Below, one piece after another: positions 1 to 10,173 of a stretch of 64,000 nt of DNA. The stretch spans positions 65,940 to 129,939 of the forward strand of contig CAZUBI010000001.1 in NCBI GenBank assembly GCA_964618625.1, given 5' to 3'. Below the pieces are notes generated by a model. The model was given only the letters and a program-made list of their open reading frames with translations, had not been told where the DNA came from and made no database searches. This stretch comes from an uncultured Candidatus Saccharibacteria bacterium (GTDB lineage: Bacteria > Patescibacteriota > Minisyncoccia > UBA6257). Numbering within the stretch: the stretch's first letter is position 1; every line of letters begins with the position of its first letter. Both the position numbers and the translations under genes were made by a program.

Positions 1-171
1 ATTCTCTAATTTTTCTGGCGTAAGTACAGCAATATTGTTTTGTTTGGCTAAATTATAAACAGGGGTAGGGGAAGGAGCAGTGACTACTAAAACCGGCTTC
101 ATGCCAGAGTCAAAAAGTTTATTAAGCATTATTTTTGCAAATTCAGATGAACCAAAGAATATAAAACGCAT
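1..171 (-). CDS. fmt: methionyl-tRNA formyltransferase, N-terminal part (runs off window)
   Basis: Manual translation MRFIFFGSSEFAKIMLNKL...VLVVTAP...; directly downstream of def. Confidence 0.85.
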   Translation of the reverse strand, partial: MRFIFFGSSEFAKIMLNKLFDSGMKPVLVVTAPSPTPVYNLAKQNNIAVLTPEKLEN

Positions 172-181
172 AATTTTAATT

Positions 182-655
182 TTATAGGGCTCCTGTTTTT
201 CGTGTTTGCTTTGTAATATTTTTTGCTTTATCGATGAAGAGTATGCCATCAAGATGATCTGCTTCATGTTGAATTACTCTGGCTAATAAACCAAAAGCTT
301 TCATCTTTATCTTTTTACCGTCAAAATTAATGGCTTTTAAGGTTATTCTTTTTGACCTTTCTACTTCACCATAAATATTTGGCAAACTTAAACAGCCTTC
401 TTCCATTACTGAAGTTTCTGGAAAAAACTTTATGATTTCAGGATTAATGAAAGTATAAAACTTATCATCTATTTCACAAATAATAATACGCGTAGGTTCT
501 CCCACCTGAATTGCCGCTAATCCCACCCCGTTATTTTGTCTTACCACCTCTTTCATCTGTTCAATCAAACTACGCACATCTGAGTCAATATGCTTCACAG
601 GAAGGCTTTTTTGCCTCAAAGTTTTATTATTTTCTCCAGTAAGTATTTCCATCAC
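182..655 (-). CDS. def: peptide deformylase
   Basis: GVGLAAIQ, EGCLS and QHEADHLDG motifs. Confidence 0.97.
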   Translation of the reverse strand: MMEILTGENNKTLRQKSLPVKHIDSDVRSLIEQMKEVVRQNNGVGLAAIQVGEPTRIIICEIDDKFYTFINPEIIKFFPETSVMEEGCLSLPNIYGEVERSKRITLKAINFDGKKIKMKAFGLLARVIQHEADHLDGILFIDKAKNITKQTRKTGAL

Positions 656-1800
656 AATATATTTATTGGGTCAACATCAATTTTCCAGTTTGAAGGAACG
701 AATTTTAAAATCTTATTCCTCAATGCCAATTCTTTTTTAGTTAAAATAGGTGAAAGTAAATTGAGCCCCAATAAAGGATTAATCTCTTCTTTAATTTTAC
801 TTTCAAAGTATTTATATTTTACCAGAATATTCCATTTATAAAAACCTTTTTCTTTAAAAACAAAGGCTTGCGCAGGTCCTAAAATAATAAAATCTTTCTG
901 AAGGTTCTTTGGAATTAACTTATTTATGGCTTGCTCTAAATTCCTTTTTGTTTCTTCAGCTTCTTTCACCCCCTTTTTTTGATCTTTGTCAGAAAGTGTC
1001 AATTTTATTAATTGAACATAAGGAGGCCAAAGATAATCTTTTCGCCATTTTTTTTCTTCTTGTAGGAATTTTTTTTCCTCATTGTTTATAAAACATTGGA
1101 ATAATCTATTTTCAGGAATTAATGTCTGTATTATTAATTTTTCTTTAGACAAAGCCTTCAGTTTTGAAAGATTTAAAAACACTCTTTCCTCGCTATAATA
1201 ATCTGGTAAGAAAAGTGCAGGATCAACAGAAGCCACTATTACTAAATAGGCAGCTTTTAATTGAGGATTTAAAAGAGCTTCAGTCCCTATTAATATTTTA
1301 ATATCTCCTCGATTAAATTTATCAAAAATATCTGATTTTTGTTTATCAGAAGTTTCCCCTTCGATTAACGTAAAAATAGGCGTTGGAATAATAAATCTTT
1401 TAATTTCTTCAGCAATTCTCTCAATACCAATTCCCAAGGCTTTAAGCTTATAACCCCTGCAGGAAGGACAAACTGGTGGTATAGAAACATTATAATTACA
1501 ATGATGGCAGATAAGAACCTTCGCTTCACTCAGAACCTTGTTTCTCACTTCGTTTGAAATAAGCCTAGATTTATTGTGAAACCCCAAGGGAATATCACAA
1601 TTTGGGCATTTAAATACAAAACCACATTCCTGGCATATAATGCTTGTCGCCAAGCCTTTTCTGTTAATAAAAATAATAATTCTTTTTCTTTTTTTTAGGG
1701 CTTTTTGAATTTCAATAAAAGCATCGGGAGAAATGGCTTGAAATGGTTTTTTCTCTTTTCTAACCTTTTTTAGATCAATAATTTTAATAAGAGGCATCAT
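652..1800 (-). CDS. priA: primosomal protein N' C-terminal half (Zn-binding region plus C-terminal domain)
   Basis: NRKG...CQECG..CPNC...CHHC...CPSC Cys cluster; ILGPA; C-terminal IDVDP. Confidence 0.85.
   Translation of the reverse strand: MMPLIKIIDLKKVRKEKKPFQAISPDAFIEIQKALKKRKRIIIFINRKGLATSIICQECGFVFKCPNCDIPLGFHNKSRLISNEVRNKVLSEAKVLICHHCNYNVSIPPVCPSCRGYKLKALGIGIERIAEEIKRFIIPTPIFTLIEGETSDKQKSDIFDKFNRGDIKILIGTEALLNPQLKAAYLVIVASVDPALFLPDYYSEERVFLNLSKLKALSKEKLIIQTLIPENRLFQCFINNEEKKFLQEEKKWRKDYLWPPYVQLIKLTLSDKDQKKGVKEAEETKRNLEQAINKLIPKNLQKDFIILGPAQAFVFKEKGFYKWNILVKYKYFESKIKEEINPLLGLNLLSPILTKKELALRNKILKFVPSNWKIDVDPINIL
1511..1563 (-). repeat. family D short inserted element (48 bp, in frame) inside priA
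   Basis: Flanked by ATAAG direct repeat (1511-1515, 1559-1563); homologous to 17151-17206 and 52002-52053. Confidence 0.8.
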
Positions 1801-2623
1801 AATAAATGATTGAAGAATTATAATACAAAGCTAAATAGTTAATAAGAAAAGTGGAGTTATAATAAGGTTTTTGATCCCATGATTTATAAGAATTATTGCT
1901 TCCATCCACTACAATTACAAGTCCTAAATTTTGCCAAGGCAAAAACAGAGATGAGCGCCGTCCTATAATTAATTGCGCTTCCTGAGAATTAACTTTTGTC
2001 CATAAAGAATTAAATTCTTTAATTTTTAAATCATTTGAGGAAATAAAAATTGGCGTAGAGATTTTAGATGATAATTTAGTAAAATAATAATTTTGATAGA
2101 AAATAGTCGGAACGAGAATTAACACCTGTTTTTTGTTTTTAAGATTTGCCTTTATTTTTTGAATAACATCAGAAAAATCATTGGAACCTATTTTTTCTAT
2201 TTTATCTTTTTTTGTCTTTGAAACTGATGGATCAAAATATTTTGGGAAGTCTTTTTCTAGTTTTTCTACATAATTTATTAAAGATTTTATTCGACGTGGT
2301 AAAATAATTTTCAAACACAACGAAATTGGATAAAAATAATAACGAGAGATAAAGTTTGCTAAAAGAAAAAACAGTGGCGGAACTATCTGTCTTGAAGAGA
2401 TGACTTTATTTATTGGTTTTAAAACAAAATCAGCCTTTTTTAAGGTTGCTTTTTTTGAGGACACAGACGCTGAATTCAACACTATTGCCATTACATTCCT
2501 GCGTCTTAAAGGTATTTCAACAATAGATCCTTTTATTAAATCCGACTTATAAAAATAAGAAAAAATTTGTGGTTGAGGTCTTGGAATATTAGTCAATGGA
2601 ATTACGTTAATGATAAACATCAT
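1784..2623 (-). CDS. priA: primosomal protein N' N-terminal half (3'-DNA-binding domain plus degenerate helicase lobe)
   Basis: GSIVEIPL; QVLILVP; IIGRRSSLFLP..NLGLVIV..SYK; no Walker A visible. Confidence 0.8.
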   Translation of the reverse strand: MMFIINVIPLTNIPRPQPQIFSYFYKSDLIKGSIVEIPLRRRNVMAIVLNSASVSSKKATLKKADFVLKPINKVISSRQIVPPLFFLLANFISRYYFYPISLCLKIILPRRIKSLINYVEKLEKDFPKYFDPSVSKTKKDKIEKIGSNDFSDVIQKIKANLKNKKQVLILVPTIFYQNYYFTKLSSKISTPIFISSNDLKIKEFNSLWTKVNSQEAQLIIGRRSSLFLPWQNLGLVIVVDGSNNSYKSWDQKPYYNSTFLINYLALYYNSSIIYYDASY

Positions 2624-3177
2624 TTAAAATTTAATGTATATGTGGCTAAATCCGTATATTGTGGCCCTGAACGACTTAATTCGCTCTCTATAACAGATAT
2701 GGAATTAATTACAAAGGATTTATTAATTTTTTCTTCCAGTTCTGATAGACGCGGTGGTTTTGTTTCGTTTCTGAAGCGCGCTAAAGTAACATGGGGTTTG
2801 AATAAACGATTTTCTATTTTAAAATTTATTCCTTGATCCATTAATTCATTTTCTAATGCTTTATGAAGTTTGTCTAAATTCTTTGAAATTTCGCCTTCTG
2901 CCCAAATTAGGCGAGGGGAGTGTGGATTTGGACCATAAGTTATTTTATTTAATTTAACCTCTATTGGAAAGAACAAAGAAGCAATATTTTGACAAGCTTT
3001 ATTAATTTTTAATATATTATCATTACTAACATATCCAATAAAAATCAATGTTAAATGTAAGGCCTGCTCAGGTATAAGCCGAAAACCAAAATTGCGGAGT
3101 TTCTTTTGTTGATAATCTAAAAAAATCTTCTTAACATCATTTGACAAATGCGAAGCAATAAATATTCTATGTCCCAT
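2620..3177 (-). CDS. thpR: RNA 2',3'-cyclic phosphodiesterase (2H family)
   Basis: Two HxT motifs (HLTL, PHVTLAR); N-terminal RIFIA. Confidence 0.92.
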   Translation of the reverse strand: MGHRIFIASHLSNDVKKIFLDYQQKKLRNFGFRLIPEQALHLTLIFIGYVSNDNILKINKACQNIASLFFPIEVKLNKITYGPNPHSPRLIWAEGEISKNLDKLHKALENELMDQGINFKIENRLFKPHVTLARFRNETKPPRLSELEEKINKSFVINSISVIESELSRSGPQYTDLATYTLNFK

Positions 3178-3196
3178 AGCAACAAATTAATAAACT

Positions 3197-3291
3197 AGAT
3201 AGAAATAGAGGCGAGGGTAGATTGTTGAGAAAACCATAGCAATTAGCGTGTTTTTGAAACAATTACCTGGGTCTCTATTCTCATTCTATCT
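3197..3291 (+). repeat. family A structured dispersed element, copy 1
   Basis: Core TTGTTGAGAAAACCATAGCAATTAGCGTGTTTTTGAAACAA inside inverted arms. Confidence 0.9.
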
Positions 3292-3320
3292 TATTTCCCC
3301 TGTGATTTCCAGCTGTTAAA

Positions 3321-3387
3321 CCCCCACACCAAACGGGCACATACTCTGTTTAGTGCAAAGCACTCAGTGCTCATTATGGTGTGGGGG
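3321..3387. mobile_element. family C MITE-like element, copy 1
   Basis: TIR CCCCCACACCA/TGGTGTGGGGG; TAAA duplicated on both sides; homologue at 55015-55086. Confidence 0.8.
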
Positions 3388-3392
3388 TAAAA

Positions 3393-3422
3393 TTGACAAA
3401 AACAGTGTTTAAGATATATAAT
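3393..3422 (+). promoter_or_regulatory. sigma70 promoter for murC (probably leaderless)
   Basis: TTGACA-N18-TATAAT with ATG 6 nt downstream of the -10. Confidence 0.65.
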
Positions 3423-3428
3423 TACTAA

Positions 3429-4829
3429 ATGGCTATGAAGAAAAAGCAAATTCATTTAATCGGCATTGGAGGAGTAGGAATGACCGCTTTAGCCAATCTC
3501 TTATTAGAAAAAGGATATTCATTATCAGGCTCTGATAAAAATGATTTTGTAGCAAGAAAGATTTTAGAAAAAAAAGGAGCAAAGATATATATTGGCCACA
3601 AGGCTGATAATATAAAAAAAACAGAAATTGTAATTTATTCTTCTGCAATTCCTGTTAATAACATTGAGCTTGAAACAGCTCAAAAGATGAAAGTTCCTTT
3701 ATCGAATCGTTTTGATTTTCTGATGAATATTCTGGTTGAAAAAAAGATCATTAGCATTGCAGGAACTCATGGAAAAAGTACTACTGTAGCAATGATTGCC
3801 CATATTTTAGAAAAAGCAAAATTAAAACCAACAGTTTATTTAGGAGCTAAAAATAAAACGTATCCATTGGGAAGTAAATGGGGATCAGGAGAATATTCTG
3901 TTTTGGAAACAGATGAGCATGATAAATCGTTTTTAAAAACTCCGTTTTTTCTTTGTGTAATTACTAATGTTGATAAGGATCATTTAGATATTAATGGTCC
4001 TTATAAAGGACAATTTTCTTTATTGAAAAAAGCTTTTGAAGATTTTTCTCAAAATAATCAGTCTGGATTTATTGTTTTAAATAATGATGATTCTTTTTTA
4101 AAAAAAATAGCAAAACAAAAGAAAAGAAAATCTTTAACTTTTGGAATAAACAATAAAGCCGATCTTTTTGTCAAAAATATTGATTATAAAGGAATAAAAA
4201 CTTTTTCGGATTTATTTATAAATAATAAATTTCAAGGAAGATTAGAGCTCTCTTTGCCTGGAAAAGAAAATATCTACAATGCTTTAGGCGCTATTTCTGT
4301 TTCACAAATTCTCAATGTTCCTTTAAAAGATGCCCTGCAATATTTAAAAACCTTTACTGGTATAAAAAGAAGATTTTCCATCCTATATAATAAAGAAATT
4401 GCAATAATTGATGATTATGCGCATCATCCTACTGAAATAGAAGGTACTTTAAGAATGGCAAGAATTGTTTTTCCAAAAAGAAAAATTATATTAATTTTAG
4501 AACCTCATCGTTATTCTCGAATTTTTCTTCTGTATAAAGACTTTGCTCGAGCAATAAAGAATTGCGACATTTTATTTCTTTTACCGCTAGATTCATCTAA
4601 TGAAAAACCTATTAAAAGGATTAACAGCGAAAAAATATATAAGGAGATATTAAAAACAAAAACCTTAAGTAAAAATAAATTACATCTTGTAAAAAATGAA
4701 TCATCTTTTTTGAGAAATCTTTTCAAATTTCAAAAAGATGGTGATGTTTTCCTTTTTGCTGGTCCAGGAAAAATAGCAAATCTTCCCCCTCAATTTATTA
4801 ATTTATTGAAAAGTTATGAAAAAGAATAA
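3429..4829 (+). CDS. murC: UDP-N-acetylmuramate--L-alanine ligase
   Basis: HLIGIGGVGM, AGTHGKSTT, DDYAHHPTEI. Confidence 0.95.
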   Translation: MAMKKKQIHLIGIGGVGMTALANLLLEKGYSLSGSDKNDFVARKILEKKGAKIYIGHKADNIKKTEIVIYSSAIPVNNIELETAQKMKVPLSNRFDFLMNILVEKKIISIAGTHGKSTTVAMIAHILEKAKLKPTVYLGAKNKTYPLGSKWGSGEYSVLETDEHDKSFLKTPFFLCVITNVDKDHLDINGPYKGQFSLLKKAFEDFSQNNQSGFIVLNNDDSFLKKIAKQKKRKSLTFGINNKADLFVKNIDYKGIKTFSDLFINNKFQGRLELSLPGKENIYNALGAISVSQILNVPLKDALQYLKTFTGIKRRFSILYNKEIAIIDDYAHHPTEIEGTLRMARIVFPKRKIILILEPHRYSRIFLLYKDFARAIKNCDILFLLPLDSSNEKPIKRINSEKIYKEILKTKTLSKNKLHLVKNESSFLRNLFKFQKDGDVFLFAGPGKIANLPPQFINLLKSYEKE

Positions 4830-6075
4830 TAACTATAGAAAAATTTGTTTAGTAATTTTAGTTATAATTTGCCTCGTAGGCGCATGGGTTTTTGGTTTTT
4901 CTCAAGGCGCAAATTGGGGTTGGAAAGCTAATTTACCTTCTCCTTTTGAAAAAATTATCAATAAAGAAAAACCTGCGGAAATCACAGAAACTGACATGAG
5001 TATTTTTTGGGATACATGGAAGGTTATTTTAGAAAAATATGTTGGTAGAAATGATTTAGATGCTCAAAAAATAATCTTAGGCGCTACCAGAGGTATAATA
5101 AACGCATTGAAAGACCCCTATTCAGAGTTTTTGGATTCTGAGCAAACAAAAAATCTTTCTCAGGAATTATCCGGAGAATTCTATGGTGTGGGAATGGAAA
5201 TTGGAAGACGCGATGGATTTTTGATAGTCATAGCGCCTCTTTCAGATACTCCTGCAGAAAAAGCTGGATTGAAGGCAAACGATAAAATTATTAAAATAGA
5301 TGAAACTGAAACAATTGATTTATCTCCGTTTGAAGCTGCTAAGCTAATACGAGGGCCAGAAAGAACAAAGGTAATATTAACTATTTATCGATCTAATTGG
5401 GATGAAGCAAAAAAAATAGAATTAATTAGAAAAAAGATTTCTATTCCTTCAGTAAAATGGGAAAAAATAGATAATAATATTGCTTATCTGAAAATTTATA
5501 ATTTTAACCAACCTCTTACACTTAATTTTTATAAAATAGCTTTAGAAATAGCTTTTACCAGACCACAGGGGTTAATTATAGATCTTAGAAATAATCCAGG
5601 CGGATATTTAGAATCAGTCGTTAATATTAGCGGTTGGTTTTTAGAAAAAGGAGATATTATTCTTAAAGAAGATTTTGGTAATGATAAAATAAAAATCTTT
5701 CGGGTAAGAATTGGGCAAGCATTACTGAAAAACATTCCTACAGTTATTCTAATAAATGAAGGTACAGCTTCAGCTTCAGAAATATTAGCTGGCGCTTTAA
5801 GAGATAATAGGGGAGTTAAATTAATTGGGGAGAAAAGCTTTGGCAAAGGATCTGTACAAGAATTAGTTTCCTTAAAAGATAATAATAGCGTTAAAATCAC
5901 TATATCACGATGGCTGACCCCCAATGAAACTATTATTGAAGATAATGGCCTTATTCCAGATATTGAAGTTAAAAACGAGGAAGAATTTGGCACTTTTTCT
6001 AAAATAGATTTAGAAAAAGACAAACAATTACAAACAGCTATAGCAGAATTACAAAAATTACTAACCACTAATTAA
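4816..6075 (+). CDS. ctpA: S41 C-terminal processing peptidase (PDZ)
   Basis: [26 protein letters not shown]. Confidence 0.93.
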   Translation: MKKNNNYRKICLVILVIICLVGAWVFGFSQGANWGWKANLPSPFEKIINKEKPAEITETDMSIFWDTWKVILEKYVGRNDLDAQKIILGATRGIINALKDPYSEFLDSEQTKNLSQELSGEFYGVGMEIGRRDGFLIVIAPLSDTPAEKAGLKANDKIIKIDETETIDLSPFEAAKLIRGPERTKVILTIYRSNWDEAKKIELIRKKISIPSVKWEKIDNNIAYLKIYNFNQPLTLNFYKIALEIAFTRPQGLIIDLRNNPGGYLESVVNISGWFLEKGDIILKEDFGNDKIKIFRVRIGQALLKNIPTVILINEGTASASEILAGALRDNRGVKLIGEKSFGKGSVQELVSLKDNNSVKITISRWLTPNETIIEDNGLIPDIEVKNEEEFGTFSKIDLEKDKQLQTAIAELQKLLTTN

Positions 6076-6083
6076 TAATCCTT

Positions 6084-6548
6084 ATGAAAATTTATCTTTT
6101 AAAAGATGTCCAAAGTTTAGGCAATAAAGGAGAAATTAAAAATGTAGCAGATGGTTATGCTATAAATTATCTTTTTCCCCAAAAAATTGCCCAAAGAGCT
6201 GATTCAGATATTATCAAAAAGGTTTCAGAAAAAAAAGAACAGAAGATAAAAACTGATAAAAAACAAAAAGAGCAAGCTCTTAAACTAGCCACCCGTCTTA
6301 AAAAGATTATTTTAGAAATTCCCCTTAAATTCCCTGAAAAAGGAAAGGGGGCTTATAGCTCTGTAAACAGCAAAAGAATTATTGAAGAATTGGAAGCTCA
6401 AGGCATTCATCTATTAGAAAATCAAATTGAATTAAAAAAATCCCTCAAAAAGGAAGGACTTTATGATGTGCGTTTAATTCTATATCCTGGAATAGAAACC
6501 TCCTTGAAGGTAAGGATTAAAGCTATTATTTCTGAACAGAAGGAATGA
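6084..6548 (+). CDS. rplI: 50S ribosomal protein L9
   Basis: [25 protein letters not shown]. Confidence 0.95.
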   Translation: MKIYLLKDVQSLGNKGEIKNVADGYAINYLFPQKIAQRADSDIIKKVSEKKEQKIKTDKKQKEQALKLATRLKKIILEIPLKFPEKGKGAYSSVNSKRIIEELEAQGIHLLENQIELKKSLKKEGLYDVRLILYPGIETSLKVRIKAIISEQKE

Positions 6549-6813
6549 CATTTATCAGGCTAATTCTTTTTGTTTTGCCTGTAAAAGTTCTTTTTCTTTT
6601 ATTAGAAAATTTTACTATTCCATTAATAAGAGAATAAATAGTATCATCGCAACCTAATTTAGTGTTTAATCCTGGATGCCACTTAGTTCCTCTTTGCCTA
6701 ATTAAAACATTGCCAGATTTTACTATCTGACCATCAAATTTCTTAACTCCTAATCTTTTAGATTTTGAATCCCTTCCTAATTTTGTTGAACCACCTGACT
6801 TAACGTGCGCCAT
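6526..6813 (-). CDS. rpmA: 50S ribosomal protein L27
   Basis: [24 protein letters not shown]. Confidence 0.97.
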   Translation of the reverse strand: MAHVKSGGSTKLGRDSKSKRLGVKKFDGQIVKSGNVLIRQRGTKWHPGLNTKLGCDDTIYSLINGIVKFSNKRKRTFTGKTKRISLINVIPSVQK

Positions 6814-6830
6814 ATCTTTTAATAAATTTT

Positions 6831-7199
6831 ATGCCCCACTGTTTGGAAATTCTAACAAAATTTGTTCTATTTGTCAAAAAGAATTTTTGGCTGTTTAGCC
6901 TGGGGTTTTTGAGTATAAGTCTTTCCTTTTCTGTTGGGATTATTATTGGAGCTGATATTATTTCCCGTCCACCGATCATTATAGAAAAAGAATTAATAAC
7001 AAGCATTGATGAACCTATAACAGATGAAACTACAATAACAGCTAAAGAATTTTCATTTGTAGCCAGTTCCAGAGGAAAATATTATTATCCAGTAGATTGT
7101 AATTTAGCTAATTCATTAAAAGAAGAAAATAGAATTTATTTTAAAACTCAGCAAGAAGCTGAGAATAGGGGATATATTTATAATACTAGATGTAATTGA
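6831..7199 (+). CDS. membrane-anchored protein with Ada-like metal-binding C-terminus
   Basis: One TM segment; FVASSRGKYYYPVDC...IYFKTQQEAE..GY...C. Confidence 0.7.
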   Translation: MPHCLEILTKFVLFVKKNFWLFSLGFLSISLSFSVGIIIGADIISRPPIIIEKELITSIDEPITDETTITAKEFSFVASSRGKYYYPVDCNLANSLKEENRIYFKTQQEAENRGYIYNTRCN

Positions 7200-7203
7200 A
7201 AAA

Positions 7204-8385
7204 TCACTCCATCTGTTCCTTAATTTCTTTTTTGCTTGTATGATCAGTGGTTAAACATTTGAATTCTTCGTCTATCTTTTCTATTTCTTTTATTTTTTCT
7301 CTTAAATCTACGGGTATCTCTTTTAAAACTTTTTTTAATTTCTTAGCATTAATTTCAATAACATCTTCCCATTTTTCCAATGGCTCTAAAATTTCTTTTA
7401 ATTTAGGAATATCATAAGAAATTTTATTATAAACAGTATGACTAAAGTAACCATTTTCGCCAAATACACGTTTTAAGCCTTTTTGTTGGCAATAAACATC
7501 AATTAAATTTTTTAATTCTAATAATTCTTGTTCTAATTTTTGTTTTTTCTCTTTTAAAGTAAAATATTTATCTATTTTTTCTTTAATATCTATATCATTT
7601 AAATGATTGCTTTCTTCATCTTCATAAAAATGTCGCCAAATTGGACAAATATTACGATAACCGCACCAACCGCACAATGCTGATGAATGAGGTTCAAAAT
7701 CGCTTTTTTCTATTTTATGAATTAAATCTATTGTTTTATTTTTTACTTCTTCTAGGTCTTTTTCTGTTCTTTTTGTATTTATTTTTTCATTAAATTTAAG
7801 AAAATATAAACTTAATCGTAAATTTTCCATTTTAATTCTTGGCCAGCGGTTTTTTAATCCAATAGCATAAAGAGAGAGTTGGTCATTCTTATCCAGAGCT
7901 TTTTGGGAAGGCATTCTTTTTCCTGTTTTATAATCTATTATTTCAAAAGTGCCATCTGGTAATTTATCTATTCTGTCTATTACGCCTGTTAAAATATGCT
8001 TGCCATTTGCTTTGTCAGAGTTTTCGTCAATAACAACTTCAAATCTTGTTTCTAAATCTAAAATAGCTGTTTTATGGGGAATATTTTTATTATAAAATTC
8101 TTCTAAAATTCTCAATCCTTCTTTAAAATAAGATTTTTCTTCTGCAGAATCTTTCCATTCAAAACCTTCTGTTTTTTGCGGCCAATAATCACGATAATAT
8201 TTTAATAAAGCATCAGGGGTAGGGAAGTGAGGATCTTTTTGATAAAACCATTTAAGAACTTTATGGATGTATGTACCAAAAATAGCCTCTTTGCTTTTAG
8301 GCTCTTCTATTTTATCTATATTTGAAAGTTTATATTTTAGAGGACACTGTTTAAAATTCTCTAAACTGGAATAAGAGATACGCAT
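7204..8385 (-). CDS. PD-(D/E)XK nuclease (RecB/AddB-like)
   Basis: SYSSL..F.QCP, GVIDRID, IIDYKTG, QLSLYA, CGWCGYRNIC. Confidence 0.9.
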   Translation of the reverse strand: MRISYSSLENFKQCPLKYKLSNIDKIEEPKSKEAIFGTYIHKVLKWFYQKDPHFPTPDALLKYYRDYWPQKTEGFEWKDSAEEKSYFKEGLRILEEFYNKNIPHKTAILDLETRFEVVIDENSDKANGKHILTGVIDRIDKLPDGTFEIIDYKTGKRMPSQKALDKNDQLSLYAIGLKNRWPRIKMENLRLSLYFLKFNEKINTKRTEKDLEEVKNKTIDLIHKIEKSDFEPHSSALCGWCGYRNICPIWRHFYEDEESNHLNDIDIKEKIDKYFTLKEKKQKLEQELLELKNLIDVYCQQKGLKRVFGENGYFSHTVYNKISYDIPKLKEILEPLEKWEDVIEINAKKLKKVLKEIPVDLREKIKEIEKIDEEFKCLTTDHTSKKEIKEQME

Positions 8386-8424
8386 ATTCAGTTATTTTAT
8401 CATGCATTTACCAACTTTCATATA

Positions 8425-8453
8425 TTGACAGATTAAGTAGACAATGATATAAT
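8425..8453 (+). promoter_or_regulatory. sigma70 promoter
   Basis: TTGACA-N17-TATAAT with extended TG. Confidence 0.75.
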
Positions 8454-8519
8454 AGAATTACTTGCAATTTGAAAACAGAATAAATTAAAAAATATAGAAA
8501 AGAAAAGGAGGGGATTTAA

Positions 8520-9056
8520 TTGAAATCTGATGTTGATATAATAGTAATTCTTGGTGCGAGCTTGAAAGCACCTTCCCAACTCAGTAAGCAAAGTCTAAAA
8601 AATTTAGATAAGCTGGTAGAGATCGGGTTGGAAGCACCAATAATTCTATCTGGAGGATTTTACAAAGGAAATAAAAATGATACAGAAGCATCACTGATGC
8701 TAAACGAGGTAAATAAGATATCTGAGCATTTGAGATCTATTTATCTTGAAACCGAAAGTCGAGATAGCAGCGAGAACGTACAATTCTCGCTAGACATTAT
8801 TCAAGAACATGGATGGAAGAACATTGTAATTATTGATCAACCACTTCATTTTTTTCAATTAAAGTTGTTATTTAAGCACTGCATGAGATTAAAACACCTG
8901 GATTTAAATTTGATATTTGTTCCTGCTGAAGGTGTTTATGGCGGTAATGTGAAGTGGTGGCAATACAGCTACTCCTTTGTGTATTTTGTGTATTTGGCAT
9001 TGTGCAATTGTTATTATATCTTAAAGGGGAAAATTACTCTTAGAGATATAGTATAG
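8520..9056 (+). CDS. YdcF/DUF218-family protein
   Basis: IVILG, IILSGG, EA..M, E..SRDSSEN; strong SD AAGGAGG, TTG start. Confidence 0.75.
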   Translation: MKSDVDIIVILGASLKAPSQLSKQSLKNLDKLVEIGLEAPIILSGGFYKGNKNDTEASLMLNEVNKISEHLRSIYLETESRDSSENVQFSLDIIQEHGWKNIVIIDQPLHFFQLKLLFKHCMRLKHLDLNLIFVPAEGVYGGNVKWWQYSYSFVYFVYLALCNCYYILKGKITLRDIV

Positions 9057-9079
9057 AAAAGAAAAGAAGAGGATTGTAA

Positions 9080-9130
9080 TAAAAAATGCGACAGGGAAAT
9101 AAGAAGTACCTGCCGCTATTTTATTTTATT
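9080..9130. terminator. probable terminator between convergent genes
   Basis: GCGACAGG...CCTGCCGC imperfect stem with A/T tracts. Confidence 0.45.
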
Positions 9131-10086
9131 TATGTTTTTAATTTACGACCGCTGTGAAATTTTTTATGAATTTCACGAAGTTTTTTACTGGTAACATGAG
9201 CATAAATTTGAGTAGCGGCAATACTTTTATGGCCAAGAAATTCCTGGAGTATTCTTAAGTCTACACCTTGGTTTAAAAGATCTGTCGAAAAACTATGGCG
9301 CATCGAATGTGGAGTAGTTGTTATTGGAACCCCTGACATAGCCACATATTTTTTCATATTCTTTTCAATTGAACGGGGAGTTAATCTTCGTGGTGCTCCT
9401 TTTTTACTCCTGTAATTGATAAATAACGCCTTTTCATTATCATTTCGAGTTTTAAAATATTTAGATAACCACAACAATGCTCTTTCAGAGAAATAAACAG
9501 TTCGTAATTTTTCTCCTTTACCAATAATTCCAACTTCTAATTCTCTTATTCCAGGATTTATCTTAATTTGATCTCTGTTTAATGAAACTAATTCCGCTAT
9601 TCTCATACCAGTAGAGAATAGAACCTCTAAAATAGCTCTATCCCGTAATCCTTGCTTTTTAGAGGTATCAGGGGCTGAAAATAATTTTTCTAATTGCTCT
9701 AAATTTAAAAAGCTAACTTGTTTTTCATCTCTGTCTTTAGCTAATTTTATCTTCTCAGCTGGTAAAGACAAAATATCTCTATCAGCAAAATAATTTAAGA
9801 AGGATCTTAAAGCTATTAAATAATAATTCTGAGTTGTTTTTTTAAGGGGTGTTTTTGTTTTAGGAAGATACCGACGCGAAAGAAAAACTCGATATTTCCA
9901 AATATGATCAGCATTTAATTCATGGGGCTTTAAACCTTCTAAATTATTTAATTTTAACCAATCTAAGAATTTTTTTAAAAATCTATTATAATTTTCCTGG
10001 GATTTAGAAGATAAACCTTTCTCAATATCTAACCAATCTAAAAAATCAGATAAATGGTCGGGGAGTGGTTTTTGGTTCTTTTTCAT
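9130..10086 (-). CDS. XerC/D-family tyrosine recombinase
   Basis: RDRAILEVLFSTGMRIAEL, PHSMRHSF, LGH..IAATQIY. Confidence 0.93.
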   Translation of the reverse strand: MKKNQKPLPDHLSDFLDWLDIEKGLSSKSQENYNRFLKKFLDWLKLNNLEGLKPHELNADHIWKYRVFLSRRYLPKTKTPLKKTTQNYYLIALRSFLNYFADRDILSLPAEKIKLAKDRDEKQVSFLNLEQLEKLFSAPDTSKKQGLRDRAILEVLFSTGMRIAELVSLNRDQIKINPGIRELEVGIIGKGEKLRTVYFSERALLWLSKYFKTRNDNEKALFINYRSKKGAPRRLTPRSIEKNMKKYVAMSGVPITTTPHSMRHSFSTDLLNQGVDLRILQEFLGHKSIAATQIYAHVTSKKLREIHKKFHSGRKLKT

Positions 10087-10132
10087 ATTATTAACGTATT
10101 AAAGTGTAATAGGATGTTATAAGCTATATTGA

Positions 10133-10160
10133 CGTTCGCTTAACTATAATTATGCGAACC
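10133..10160. other. dif-like recombination site
   Basis: 11-6-11 quasi-palindrome GGTTCGCATAA-TTATAG-TTAAGCGAACG (minus strand); left arm 1 mismatch from E. coli dif GGTGCGCATAA. Confidence 0.75.
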
Positions 10161-10173
10161 TTACTATACTTTA

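Noticed and set aside
5529-6068. Antisense/overlapping ORFs in the track (e.g. 5529, 19071, 19357, 40879, 57168, 59001)
   Set aside because: Shadows of well-supported genes or RNAs with no recognisable motifs.
7204-8385. Cas4 / CRISPR locus
   Set aside because: Stand-alone PD-(D/E)XK nuclease with no array or other cas genes.
9130-10086. Prophage or island integrase
   Set aside because: No phage genes; housekeeping context and an adjacent dif-like site.
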